Positions 9,059 through 18,839 are shown, numbered from the stretch's first letter. The stretch is DNA of 64,000 bases from Mycobacteriales bacterium (GCA_013362805.1 JABFVL010000046.1:2437-66436); one strand, 5' to 3'. Made by a program: numbers and translations. The notes: generated from the sequence alone by a model not told the origin.

Positions 9059-10325
9059 AGCAACGCACAGCGCGGATCCAAGCCGCTTGGCGCAATATCA
9101 GCTCGGTGATTCCATGTTGGTGCACGGCGAAGGTGTGCGCGCGTGGGACAGCACGGGACGCGAATATCTGGACTGTGTGTCAGGCACGTTCAATTTGCTG
9201 CTGGGGCACAACCACCCCGAGGTGATGGCAGCAGTGCGCGCGCAAACCGAGCAGTTGACCTTCGCCAGCTCCTCGTTCCAGACCGAAGCCACAAATCAGG
9301 TGATGCGCGAGTTGGTCAAGCTCAGCCCCGCGAATCTCACCCGGGTGAATTTGCGCAGCTCAGGTGGCTCTACCGCCAATGAGGGTGCGATCAAGATCGC
9401 GCAGTATTTCACGGGGCGAAGCGATGTCATCGTGCCGTTTCGGGGCCATGTTGGGCAGACGTTGGCCACCGCGAGTTTCAACGGATTCAACCGGATGCGC
9501 GCGCCTTTCCCGCATCAATTGCCCGGCGCTCTGCACGTGCCCGGGCCGTATTGTTTCCGCTGTTTCTACCGCCAGACTCCCGATGTCTGCCAGTTGCTCT
9601 GCGTGGAACGAATTGAGGACTTCATCGAGTACGCCGGTTCTGGCAGCGTCGCGTGCGTGATCATGGAGCCAATCAGTGGGGTGGGCGGCAACGTGGTTCC
9701 ACCGCCCGGATATCTCCAAGAGCTGCGCGCTTTTTGCGATGCTCACGAAATCGTGCTGATCTTCGATGAAATTCAGACCGCTTTTGGCCGGACGGGTGAG
9801 ATGTTCGCGGCTGATCACTTCCAAGTGCAACCGCACATCATGACCGTCGCGAAGGGATTGACCGGCAGCGGCTTGCCTCTAGCGGCCATCTTGACCGAGG
9901 AGCGAATGGCGAATTGGGAACGTACACTGCACGGCTTCACCTACGGCGGACACAACCTGTCCGCGGCGGCAGCCGTAAAAACGCTAGAAATCGTGCAGCG
10001 TGCTGGGTTCCTGGAAAATGTTCGAGCCAGCGGTAGCGTTCTTATCGACCGGCTGCGCGCCCTCGCGCGGGATTATCCAATCATCGGCGAAGTTCGTGGG
10101 CTTGGACTCATGCTGGGCATAGAACTGGTCAAGCCCGATGGTGGAAAAGCCGTTGAAGCCGCGAACACGTTTCAACGCGAGCTGCAACAACTGGGGGTGC
10201 TCACTCGGGTGTCTGAGCATGGTCTTGGCAACGTCATCGAGCTGCGCCCACCGCTCATTTTGACCCCAGAAGACGCACATGTGGTCGCGGATCGATTCGG
10301 TGAAGCATTGGGTGTCTTCGCATGA
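9051..10325 (+). CDS. Class-III (PLP) aminotransferase
   Basis: Motifs SSGGSTANEGAIK, DEIQTAFGRTGEMFA, and the PLP lysine context MTVAKGL. ATG at 9051 overlaps the GT20 stop by 8 nt. Confidence 0.85.
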   Translation: MSEATHSADPSRLAQYQLGDSMLVHGEGVRAWDSTGREYLDCVSGTFNLLLGHNHPEVMAAVRAQTEQLTFASSSFQTEATNQVMRELVKLSPANLTRVNLRSSGGSTANEGAIKIAQYFTGRSDVIVPFRGHVGQTLATASFNGFNRMRAPFPHQLPGALHVPGPYCFRCFYRQTPDVCQLLCVERIEDFIEYAGSGSVACVIMEPISGVGGNVVPPPGYLQELRAFCDAHEIVLIFDEIQTAFGRTGEMFAADHFQVQPHIMTVAKGLTGSGLPLAAILTEERMANWERTLHGFTYGGHNLSAAAAVKTLEIVQRAGFLENVRASGSVLIDRLRALARDYPIIGEVRGLGLMLGIELVKPDGGKAVEAANTFQRELQQLGVLTRVSEHGLGNVIELRPPLILTPEDAHVVADRFGEALGVFA

Positions 10326-11317
10326 GGGTCACTTTGAGCGCCGACGGACCGCGCCTGAACCTGGCTCCAGCAACGCGGCCACCTGGTCAATATGCCGTTC
10401 GTGTGCGCGTCGAGCTGGCCGGGCTGTGCCGGTCGGACCTCAAAGAAGTACGCGGTGACCGACACGGAGTCGGCCAATTCGGGCATGAACTCGTCGGCGT
10501 CATCGAGGAGTCAACGTTCCCGGATTTGCCCCCGGGGCATCGGGTGACGCTCGATCCGAACGTGCCCGTGGAGCGCGGCACTGGCTTCGCGACGGACATG
10601 TGGGTAGCTGGGTCTGCCATCCACCTCGCGGCGGCACTGCCATCGCTTCCGCCACGGGTAGATGCCCGCAGACTGGTGTTTACCGAGCCGCTGGCCTGCG
10701 CCCAACATTGCCTCTCGGCAGTCTCCCGCCATCTCGGCTCGGACCTATCGGGCCGGCGCGTCGGTGTGCTCGGCGCGGGCATCGCCGGGGTTCTCATCGC
10801 GGTACTCGCCCGCACACTCAACGCCGTTGTAGTGCTAGGAAACCGCAGCGAGGACCGCGCATCCTTTGTACGCGCGAGCGGCATCCTTGACGCGCCGATC
10901 CGTTTGACGGAGTCTCTGCCCATCGACACCCTGGATGTCGCGGTGGTGGCAACAAGTTTTGTCCGAGCGGACATTTTGCGGCAGGCTTTGCGCGTCATCG
11001 CGCCGGGCGGGCTGGTGCTGCTTTACGGAGGCACAGCTCCCGGTGACCGGCTACCCGGGCTTGACTGCGATCTAGACGCGACACGTCGTAGCGAAACATC
11101 GGTGGCCACCATGTGGCGGGGCAAACCGGTTCGAGTGGGCGGCAGTTATGGCACGGTGCCAAGCGATTTCACGGCCGCGGTTCGGGCACTCACTCGACAG
11201 CCGACCCTGCGGGTTGAGCGCCTGATCACTCGAGAGGTCAGGCTCGCGAACCTGCCGAGCGTGCTCCAGCAGCAGAGCACGCGACGCGCCCTCGGCAAGA
11301 CACTTGTGCACACATAA
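10322..11317 (+). CDS. Zn-dependent medium-chain dehydrogenase/reductase (ValN/AcbL-like cyclitol dehydrogenase role proposed)
   Basis: Motifs GLCRSD, GHELVG, EPLACA, and the Rossmann motif VLGAGIAG. ATGA overlap with the aminotransferase stop. Confidence 0.8.
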   Translation: MRVTLSADGPRLNLAPATRPPGQYAVRVRVELAGLCRSDLKEVRGDRHGVGQFGHELVGVIEESTFPDLPPGHRVTLDPNVPVERGTGFATDMWVAGSAIHLAAALPSLPPRVDARRLVFTEPLACAQHCLSAVSRHLGSDLSGRRVGVLGAGIAGVLIAVLARTLNAVVVLGNRSEDRASFVRASGILDAPIRLTESLPIDTLDVAVVATSFVRADILRQALRVIAPGGLVLLYGGTAPGDRLPGLDCDLDATRRSETSVATMWRGKPVRVGGSYGTVPSDFTAAVRALTRQPTLRVERLITREVRLANLPSVLQQQSTRRALGKTLVHT

Positions 11318-11406
11318 TTCTCACAGCTTTCCATCCTTCTTCCGAAGCCAGCCAGTCCGGTAACGTTGGGCACCCAAGCAGCAAGAGTCTGTTTCGACCA
11401 AAGGGG

Positions 11407-12402
11407 ATGAGCTTCATGCGCGGTGTTCTGGTGGAGACCGCTGGTCCGGCAGAATCTTTGCGGGTGCAAGACATTCCGGAACCATCACCTGGTGCGGGTG
11501 AGATCTCGATCAAGGTTTCCTACGCTGGCGTTGGTTTCGTCGACACTTTGTTCCGCGCGGGGGCTTTCGATCTGCCGATGCCCCTTATCCCGGGAATTGA
11601 GGTGACTGGCCATGTGCTCAAAGTGGGGGACGGGGTTGATCGATTCACTGTGGGCCAGCCCGTCGCCGCCACCCTTAATGATTTTGGTCGGGGCATGCGG
11701 GCAGGGGGTTATGCGGAAGTCGCGGTAGCGCACTCCAGTATGGCTGTGCCGGTTCCCGATGATGCTGACTTGGCCAAAATCACCGCCGGCCTGGTGAATG
11801 GCGCCACGGCGTGGATCGCGCTACACGACCTTGCGCGCCTTGGGGTTTCTGACGATGTGCTTGTGCTCGGAGCCAGTGGAGGTTTGGGAAGCATCACGGG
11901 CCGGCTTGCCGCACTGCATCCGGCGCGTCGAGTATTTGGCGTAACTGGAAGTCCTCATAAGAACCTTTTTGGGTCATCGGCATGGACTGAGATAATTCGG
12001 GGTTCCGAACTCGAAAGTGTCCTGGATGACCTGACTGACGGGCGTGGCGTGGATATTGTCATCGACCCAGTGGGCGATGAGCTGCGCTCTCAGGCCTTTG
12101 AGCGCTTGGCACCATTCGGCCGGCATGTCGTGTTGGGGGACGCCAGCGGCAATGACCGAAGCTTTTCAGCCGATTCGGCTTGGTTGAATACCCGCCAAGT
12201 GATCGGTTTCAACATGGGCGGCACGGCGCATCTGATTCCCGATCGGGTTCAAAACGCTCTGTCCGCGGTGGTGGGGCTTATCCATCGCGGTGTGCTTCAG
12301 GAGGTGGAGCCAGCCGTCTTGCCGTTGGAGCAAGCGGCGCAAGTACATCAAACCTTGGAAAATCGAACCGCCCCAGCGAAAACAGTTCTTTCGATTGTGT
12401 GA
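11407..12402 (+). CDS. Quinone-oxidoreductase-like MDR (zeta-crystallin type NADPH oxidoreductase)
   Basis: GroES-like N-terminus (EISIKVSYAGVGFVD), the Rossmann motif VLGASGGLGS, and no catalytic Zn ligands. It lies 89 nt downstream of the cluster on the same strand. Confidence 0.8.
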   Translation: MSFMRGVLVETAGPAESLRVQDIPEPSPGAGEISIKVSYAGVGFVDTLFRAGAFDLPMPLIPGIEVTGHVLKVGDGVDRFTVGQPVAATLNDFGRGMRAGGYAEVAVAHSSMAVPVPDDADLAKITAGLVNGATAWIALHDLARLGVSDDVLVLGASGGLGSITGRLAALHPARRVFGVTGSPHKNLFGSSAWTEIIRGSELESVLDDLTDGRGVDIVIDPVGDELRSQAFERLAPFGRHVVLGDASGNDRSFSADSAWLNTRQVIGFNMGGTAHLIPDRVQNALSAVVGLIHRGVLQEVEPAVLPLEQAAQVHQTLENRTAPAKTVLSIV

Positions 12403-12434
12403 GCATGAAGGCCTCGTATCGACGCGCAGCGCAC

Positions 12435-13031
12435 CTACCGAGTGTCAGCGATGATCGCATCGAGCTGCTGAATCAGTCGCGCGCTTTCACGTTTCATGAT
12501 GTCAGGTTCCCGGAGCGCATTGGCCAGCACTGACATTCCTTGGTACGCGCCCACGAGTGCGATCGCCTTGTCTTGGGGTTTAGGCACGCCGAGCTCTTGG
12601 AACTGTGCGGCGACCCAGTCCAGCAGGGCACGAATCACGTTGCCCACTTCGGCATCTAGGCCAGCTTCGGCTCTTTTGTCGAGCTCGGCGGCGAGCGTGC
12701 CGGTGGGGCACCCGTACCGAGCTGCGGTTTCCCCTTGGGCACCCCATTGGTTGATGAGAGCTTTCAATCGCTCGCGAGGATCGGGCAGTTCGTTGAGGTG
12801 GCCGGTGAGTAGTTCCAGTTGTCTGGCTTGTTCGCTGACTGCCGCCGCGACGAGGTCGTCTTTAGTTTTGAAGTAGTAGTACACGTTGCCCACGGGCACA
12901 TCGGCTGCTTGTGCGATGTCGCTGATTGTGGTTCGTTCCACGCCTTGCTGGTGGACTATCCGGGCAGCGGCCTCGGTGAGTCGTGCCCGTTTTGTGGGCC
13001 GTGGAACGTTCTTTTCAACCAAGTTAGTCAC
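12435..13031 (-). CDS. TetR family transcriptional regulator
   Basis: N-terminal HTH: RLTEAAARIVHQQGVERTTISDIAQAADVPVGNVYYYFKTKDDL. The GTG start at 13031 lies inside an operator-like palindrome. Confidence 0.9.
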   Translation of the reverse strand: MTNLVEKNVPRPTKRARLTEAAARIVHQQGVERTTISDIAQAADVPVGNVYYYFKTKDDLVAAAVSEQARQLELLTGHLNELPDPRERLKALINQWGAQGETAARYGCPTGTLAAELDKRAEAGLDAEVGNVIRALLDWVAAQFQELGVPKPQDKAIALVGAYQGMSVLANALREPDIMKRESARLIQQLDAIIADTR

Positions 13032-13086
13032 CTGACTAACTATACAAGGATCATTCTGTTATGGTTTTAGTTAGTCAACTAACTAA
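13022..13086. promoter_or_regulatory. Two operator-like palindromes in the divergent TetR/NmrA intergenic region
   Basis: 13022-13041 is AGTTAGTCA-cc-TGACTAACT and 13067-13086 is TTAGTTAGT-ca-ACTAACTAA. Both have perfect 9-bp arms and share the TTAGT/ACTAA half-site. Confidence 0.65.
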
Positions 13087-13095
13087 GGGGTTATC

Positions 13096-13917
13096 ATGAT
13101 CGTAGTTACCGGCGCGACTGGAAACGTCGGCCGCGCATTAGTTGGTCACCTGCTTGACGCCGACCGCGACGTGACCGCCGTCGCCAGGAACATCAACGGC
13201 GCACACGTGCCGCCTGGGGTAAAAGCCGTCGCCGCCGACCTGGCAGACCCACAGAGCCTTACCCCAGCATTCGACGGCGCCACCGCACTCTTCCTACTCG
13301 TCGCGGGCGAAGACCCCAAGCACATCCTAGAAACCGCAAAACGCGCCGGAATTACGAAAGTCGTACTGCTCTCCACTCAAGGAGCCGCGACACGACCACA
13401 CATCTACCAACACGCCGTGCGATTTGAGGAAGCCGTGCGTGACTCTGGCATGCGGTGGACAATCCTCCGATCAGGAGGCATGGCCTCAAACGCGCTCGCC
13501 TGGGTCGAACCCATCCGCGAGCACGGAATAGCGGCGGCGCCCTTCGCTAACGTCGGGCTTCCATTTATCGACCCCGAAGACGTCGCCGCCGTAAGCGCCG
13601 CCGTTCTCCGCGAAGACCAGCACCACGGCACCACATACACGTTAACCGGGCCCGAACTCAGCACCCCCCGCCAACGCGCCGCCACACTGGCCAAGGCGAC
13701 CAGCAGGCCGATCCAGTTCATCGAGCAAACCCGCGAAGAAGCCCATTCCTTAATGACAAAATTCATGCCCGCTCAAGTCGCGGAAGGCACCCTCGCCATT
13801 TTGGGCACGCCCACCCCCGAAGAGCAGCAGATTAGTCCCGATGTCACACATGTGCTCGGCCGCGAACCACAACCATTTAGCGCTTGGGCGGCACGCCATG
13901 CCACCCTGTTTAAATAG
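13096..13917 (+). CDS. NmrA-like NAD(P)H-binding protein (atypical SDR)
   Basis: N-terminal IVVTGATGNVGRALV, SD AAGGGG upstream. Divergent from the TetR gene. Confidence 0.85.
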   Translation: MIVVTGATGNVGRALVGHLLDADRDVTAVARNINGAHVPPGVKAVAADLADPQSLTPAFDGATALFLLVAGEDPKHILETAKRAGITKVVLLSTQGAATRPHIYQHAVRFEEAVRDSGMRWTILRSGGMASNALAWVEPIREHGIAAAPFANVGLPFIDPEDVAAVSAAVLREDQHHGTTYTLTGPELSTPRQRAATLAKATSRPIQFIEQTREEAHSLMTKFMPAQVAEGTLAILGTPTPEEQQISPDVTHVLGREPQPFSAWAARHATLFK

Positions 13918-14005
13918 ACTGCATCGCGTAGGAAATACAAGATTTCCCAGCTCGTAAGTATCGTCACAAGGCCCGACGGCATCGCGCCGCTGATACGTTG
14001 ACGCT

Positions 14006-14359
14006 ATGTCGATGTCCGCGAAAATGGTGACTTTTGACTGCGCAGACCCACAACGTCTAGCCGCGTGGTGGGCTGATGCTTTGGGCATAAAAGTTGGGGA
14101 TGACTACGGCGAATTTGTCCTGGTGCCTAACGAGCCGATTGTGCTGGGCTTTCAGAAGGTGCCCGAGACAAAACAAACAAAAAATCGTCTTCACCTGGAC
14201 TTTTACACCGATGATCGCCTGAATGAAGTAGCGCGGCTAGAGAAACTCGGCGCCCGGAGCATCGCCGAAAACTCAGTGCCAGGTCTGACATGGACGACCA
14301 TGCAAGACCCCGATGGCAACGAATTTGACGTCTCAGGCCCACCAAGCCAAAGCGATTAA
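14006..14359 (+). CDS. VOC (glyoxalase-like) family protein
   Basis: 117 aa. The VTFDCADPQRLAAWWADALG...LHLDF pattern is typical of glyoxalase-like domain proteins. Confidence 0.75.
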   Translation: MSMSAKMVTFDCADPQRLAAWWADALGIKVGDDYGEFVLVPNEPIVLGFQKVPETKQTKNRLHLDFYTDDRLNEVARLEKLGARSIAENSVPGLTWTTMQDPDGNEFDVSGPPSQSD

Positions 14360-14404
14360 TAATCGCACCGCTCACATCGCTCGGAGCTCGGGTCGTGATC
14401 TCAT

Positions 14405-14947
14405 GTGGGAATGATTGGAAAGCTTGAAACTCATCTCGCCACAACACGACCCGAGCTCCTAGCAGCGCCCGTTTCAAAAGCACTCCAGGACTTGCCTGGC
14501 GAGCTCTCGCAACATGTTGAAGTAGCTGAGATTGATCCCGATCTAGCGGACACCGCCGCATTCTGCGCACACTACGACGTGCCCTTGGCCCAGTCAGCGA
14601 ACTGCGTAATCGCGGCAGGCACTCGAGCTGGCGTCACCTCACTGGCGGGAGTTTTGGTTCTCGCCACTACTCGCGCCGACATCAACGGCACACTGCGACG
14701 ACTCCTCGGAGCCCGGAAGGCAAGTTTTGCTTCCATGGAGCAAGCCGTATCCGAAAGCGGAATGGAATATGGCGGCATAACTCCTATTGGGTTGCCGAGC
14801 TCTTGGCCTTTGTTCATCGATTCTCGCGTTGTCGCGGCCGGCCAGGTGGTTATCGGCTCTGGTTTGCGCAAGAGCAAGATCGTGGTGCCCGCACAGGCGC
14901 TGTCGCTACTGCCAAATACGCAAGTCATCGACGATCTCGCACGGTGA
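14405..14947 (+). CDS. YbaK/EbsC-like aminoacyl-tRNA editing-domain protein
   Basis: 180 aa with a ...GGITPIGLP... core and ...VVIGSGLRKSKI..., typical of the YbaK/ProX deacylase fold. Confidence 0.65.
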   Translation: MGMIGKLETHLATTRPELLAAPVSKALQDLPGELSQHVEVAEIDPDLADTAAFCAHYDVPLAQSANCVIAAGTRAGVTSLAGVLVLATTRADINGTLRRLLGARKASFASMEQAVSESGMEYGGITPIGLPSSWPLFIDSRVVAAGQVVIGSGLRKSKIVVPAQALSLLPNTQVIDDLAR

Positions 14948-14974
14948 ATTCCGCGGCGGGCACAAGATGTGCCC

Positions 14975-15709
14975 TCAACGAGAAGCGAGCCAATCGGCAT
15001 AGCGGGTGGGGGCACGTTGTGCGCTTTCATCGGTGAGAACATCACCATCGATGGCCCCGAACATGCCAGCGGCGGGGTCGGTGACGACGGTCCTGCCGTC
15101 TGAGTTATGAGACAGCGTGATCCGACCAAGCTCGTCGAGAGAAAAAACTTCGGGGCCGACAATGTTGTGCACGCCCATCAGGGGCGTACCTACGGCCACA
15201 TCAGTTACCGCTTGGGCCACATCTTTGGCGGCGATTGGCTGGATTGGAGTGGCGGGCAGTCGAACGGTGTCGCCGTCGGCCGTCCACGATAGAACCGCGT
15301 CGATGAATTCCATGAACTGAGTCGCGCGGACGATCGAATATGGGACCCGGCCCGCGGTGAGCATGGATTCCTGTAGCACTTTGGCCCGGTAATAATCTAG
15401 CTGAGGCACTCGATCCACGCCCACGATCGACAGGATGACGAAATGACGGACGCCATTCTTTTGCGCCGCGTCCAACAGATTGTCCATTGAGGTCTTGAAG
15501 AACTCCAAAGACGCTTCATCGAAAGTCGGGGAGTTCGTCACGTTGTCCATGACTTCTGCGCGAGCCGCCGCTTTGTCCAAGCCTTGACCGCTGATGATGT
15601 CTACTCCAGTGGACGGCGAGTGTGGAATGGCCTCGTGCCCCATGGCATTCAGGTTCTCGACGACCTGCGATCCGATAAGCCCGGTACCGCCGATGACAGC
15701 GAAGTTCAT
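14975..15709 (-). CDS. NAD(P)H-binding SDR-like oxidoreductase (NmrA/HSCARG-like)
   Basis: N-terminal FAVIGGTGLIGSQVV. ATG 15709 sits 6 nt behind GAAGGG. ATG 15715 (the ORF-track start) directly abuts the SD. Confidence 0.8.
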   Translation of the reverse strand: MNFAVIGGTGLIGSQVVENLNAMGHEAIPHSPSTGVDIISGQGLDKAAARAEVMDNVTNSPTFDEASLEFFKTSMDNLLDAAQKNGVRHFVILSIVGVDRVPQLDYYRAKVLQESMLTAGRVPYSIVRATQFMEFIDAVLSWTADGDTVRLPATPIQPIAAKDVAQAVTDVAVGTPLMGVHNIVGPEVFSLDELGRITLSHNSDGRTVVTDPAAGMFGAIDGDVLTDESAQRAPTRYADWLASR

Positions 15710-16009
15710 GGGCATCCCTTCTAACTAGGCACTTATGCCTGCAATATGACATATGAACTTATTTGGGGGCCAGATTCACTTGGCGGATTTCGACCGCCGC
15801 CCCCCACCCACCCCTATGCTCTAAGCGAACATTAGGCGCGTAGCTAACGGGATTCGCGCACGTAGCTCGAAACTGATATCTCGACGCACCTAGCGAGATG
15901 ACTTAGGGTTAAACCGACCGTTTTGAGCCAATAGCGCCTTAATGTCGGGGTCCACTAGTGGACGTGGGCAGACTTTCAAGGTGCGCTACCGCGTGGGGAG
16001 CACCATGAC

Positions 16010-18178
16010 ATGGCTAATCCCACCGAGCCAAATAAGCCAGCTCCTGCGCCAACAAACGACCCCGAACCTCCACTGACCCGACGCTGGCGCTGGTTCCTAT
16101 CACCAGCGCTGATCCTGTTGTGGCTCATCATCGCGCTGCCACTCGGCGGCTTTCAAAGCAAACTCGCCGACGTTCAAGAAAACGACGCCGCCGCCTGGCT
16201 TCCAGAGAGCGCTGAATCCACCCGCGTCGTTGAACTGCAGAAAAAGTTTCAAGATGACGAGCTGATGCCCGCGGTCATCGTGTACGAACACCCAAGCGGC
16301 ATCACCGAAGCGGACCGAGCGATCATCGCCCAACAGCAAAGAGAAATTGAGGCAGCGGACCTAAAACGGGAAGCGATCCCAGCGCCACGTGACGGCAAAA
16401 CCGTCAACGGATCAGTACAAGCGGTCGCACTAAGCGTGCCATTGGCGCCCGGAGACGACGGTTGGGAACGCGCTGCCGAAGACGTCACAGAGCTACGCGA
16501 CATCACCGCGGACTCGGGCGACATGACGACGTACGTCACTGGCCCCGGAGGACTAGCGGCGGACTCTTCCGAAGCGTTCGGCGACATTGACACCACACTG
16601 CTGTTGACCACCGGAATCGTCGTCGCCGTCATTCTGGTGATCATTTATCGCAGCCCGATATTGCCCTTTGTTGTTTTGCTGTCGGTGGCGATGGCACTCG
16701 GTTTGGCCTCCGCGGTTATCTATTTCCTCAGCGACGCCAGCATTATTGATCTCAACGCGCAAAGCCAAGGCATCCTTTCCGTGCTCGTATTCGGTGCTAC
16801 CACCGACTACGCACTGCTTCTCATCTCCCGGTACCGCGAAGAACTCCGCAGACACCCACACGCCAAAGACGCGATGCGCACCGCGTATAAGGCGGCATGG
16901 GCACCCATTTTGGCATCGGGCGCCACCGTGATGGTCGGTCTTATGTGTTTGCTGTTCTCAGATTTGAGCTCGAACAAAGGACTCGGCCCAGTCGGGGCAT
17001 TGGGCATCGCTGCTTCTTTGGCCGTGGCGCTGACCTTTATGCCCGCCGTGCTGGCCGTGCTGCGACGTGGCGCGTTCTGGCCATTCCGGCCCGCGTACAC
17101 CTCAGCTCACGAGCCCGAACATCACGGTCTATGGGGACGGATTAGTCGCTTTGTTGGGAAACACGCACGGGCTACCTGGATCACCACCACCGCCGTGTTG
17201 CTCGTGGTCGCAACTTTCGCGAGTGGACTCGACACCAGCGGGCTCACCCAAGAGGAATCCTTTACGAACAAACCCGAATCAGTGCGGGGGCAAGAGTCAC
17301 TGAGTATGTATTTCCCTGGCGGCGAAACTGACCCCGCCATTGTGATTGGCAATGCCGACAAACTTCCCGAGCTGACCGCCGCGATCAAAGAAACCGAAGG
17401 AGTCGCTCAAGGCGAGGCCACCGTGTGGCCGACGGTTGATGGCCCGCCCGGAACCAGAATCGGCGAGCCAGAGGTGGTCGATGGGCTGGTCGAGATCAAC
17501 GCGATTTTGGAAGATCCCATTGATAGCCAGGGTGCTAAGGACACCGTTGATCGGCTTCGAGAGAACGTCCATAAGGTGCCGGGCGCCGATGGTCAGGTTG
17601 GCGGCTTCGCGGCGGTCTCCAGTGACATCCTGGAAACATCAGCGCGCGACCTGCGCGTCATTGTGCCCATTGTGTTGCTGGTCATCTTCGTGATTTTGGC
17701 TTTTTTGCTGCGTGCCTTGGTCGCTCCAGTGTTGCTGATCGCCACAGTCGTACTCTCTTTCGCGGCAACGCTAGGCGTCTCCGCCTTGGTATTTGACCAC
17801 GTATTTGGGCACCCCACATCGGACCCGAGCATTCCGCTATTTGGGTTCATCTTCCTAGTGGCGTTGGGCATCGACTACAACATCTTCTTGATGACCCGGG
17901 TCAGGGAGGAGAGCATCAAAAGTGGGACACGCGCGGGCACGCTGACGGGTTTGCGGGTGACCGGCGGCGTGATCACCTCGGCGGGCGTGGTGTTGGCGGC
18001 AACATTCAGCGTGCTCGCCATATTGCCGCTGGTCTTCCTCCTGCAGATGGGCTTTATCGTCGCATTCGGAGTGCTGCTAGACACCTTGGTGGTCCGTTCG
18101 TTCTTGGTTCCATCCGCGACGTTGGAGATCGGCGAGAAAATTTGGTGGCCGGGCAAATTGCGTTCGCGAAAGTTATGA
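16010..18178 (+). CDS. MMPL family (RND superfamily) membrane transporter
   Basis: 722 aa with two blocks of about 6 TM segments, each preceded by a soluble loop, as in MmpL. It is adjacent to a convergent TetR gene that overlaps it by 6 nt. Confidence 0.85.
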   Translation: MANPTEPNKPAPAPTNDPEPPLTRRWRWFLSPALILLWLIIALPLGGFQSKLADVQENDAAAWLPESAESTRVVELQKKFQDDELMPAVIVYEHPSGITEADRAIIAQQQREIEAADLKREAIPAPRDGKTVNGSVQAVALSVPLAPGDDGWERAAEDVTELRDITADSGDMTTYVTGPGGLAADSSEAFGDIDTTLLLTTGIVVAVILVIIYRSPILPFVVLLSVAMALGLASAVIYFLSDASIIDLNAQSQGILSVLVFGATTDYALLLISRYREELRRHPHAKDAMRTAYKAAWAPILASGATVMVGLMCLLFSDLSSNKGLGPVGALGIAASLAVALTFMPAVLAVLRRGAFWPFRPAYTSAHEPEHHGLWGRISRFVGKHARATWITTTAVLLVVATFASGLDTSGLTQEESFTNKPESVRGQESLSMYFPGGETDPAIVIGNADKLPELTAAIKETEGVAQGEATVWPTVDGPPGTRIGEPEVVDGLVEINAILEDPIDSQGAKDTVDRLRENVHKVPGADGQVGGFAAVSSDILETSARDLRVIVPIVLLVIFVILAFLLRALVAPVLLIATVVLSFAATLGVSALVFDHVFGHPTSDPSIPLFGFIFLVALGIDYNIFLMTRVREESIKSGTRAGTLTGLRVTGGVITSAGVVLAATFSVLAILPLVFLLQMGFIVAFGVLLDTLVVRSFLVPSATLEIGEKIWWPGKLRSRKL

Positions 18179-18757
18179 GCGCAGCGCTTCCAACATCATC
18201 GTCAGCGCGGCGCGAGCGTGAGCAAGATCCGCGGGACGATCATCTGATTCGGCGAGCCAGAGAGCGGCTTCGTTCATCGCACCAGATAGAAGATGGGCAA
18301 GCGGTTCGACCGGCTGTGATCTGATGATGCCTTCCTCAATAAGCGCGTGCAGTGCCTCGCTGAGGTGTTTCGCTGAAGAGGCTTCATCGAGTTGTCGCCA
18401 TTGGTGCCACCCCAACACGGCGGGCCCGTCGATGAGCATTATTTGTTGAATCTTTGGGTTAGAGCTTGCGTCCAGGAACGCGGCGCACCCTTCGATCAGC
18501 CCCGCCCACAATGTTGTTTGCGCTTCAGCGGCCCGCGCTACCTCGCTCGCTACCTCTTCTTGTACTTGAGCGAGGACCGCGTTGAAGAGGCCCTGTTTGC
18601 TGCCGAAATGGTGGTAGAGAGCTCCTTTGGTAACGCCTGTTTCGCGCGCGATGGCCTCCAGGCTGGTGACGGCATAACCATCGGCGGCGAATAGTCGTCG
18701 AGCTGTCGCGATGAGGGCTTTTGTGGTTTCTTCGCGTTGTTGCTGTTTAGTGGCCAT
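18173..18757 (-). CDS. TetR family transcriptional regulator
   Basis: HTH: [43 protein letters not shown] 18757 lies behind AAGGGAGA. Confidence 0.9.
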   Translation of the reverse strand: MATKQQQREETTKALIATARRLFAADGYAVTSLEAIARETGVTKGALYHHFGSKQGLFNAVLAQVQEEVASEVARAAEAQTTLWAGLIEGCAAFLDASSNPKIQQIMLIDGPAVLGWHQWRQLDEASSAKHLSEALHALIEEGIIRSQPVEPLAHLLSGAMNEAALWLAESDDRPADLAHARAALTMMLEALRS

Positions 18758-18772
18758 GCACATCTCCCTTGA

Positions 18773-18821
18773 CATACCGACGGTATGTTACTTACGATCA
18801 TTAATACCAACCGTCGGTATG
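18773..18821. promoter_or_regulatory. Operator-like palindrome pair between the TetR gene and a divergent VOC gene
   Basis: 18773-18787 is CATACCG-a-CGGTATG with perfect 7-bp arms. 18807-18821 is CCAACCGTCGGTATG, the same motif with 2 mismatches. Confidence 0.55.
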
Positions 18822-18839
18822 CAAGATTGGAGCAGCGCC

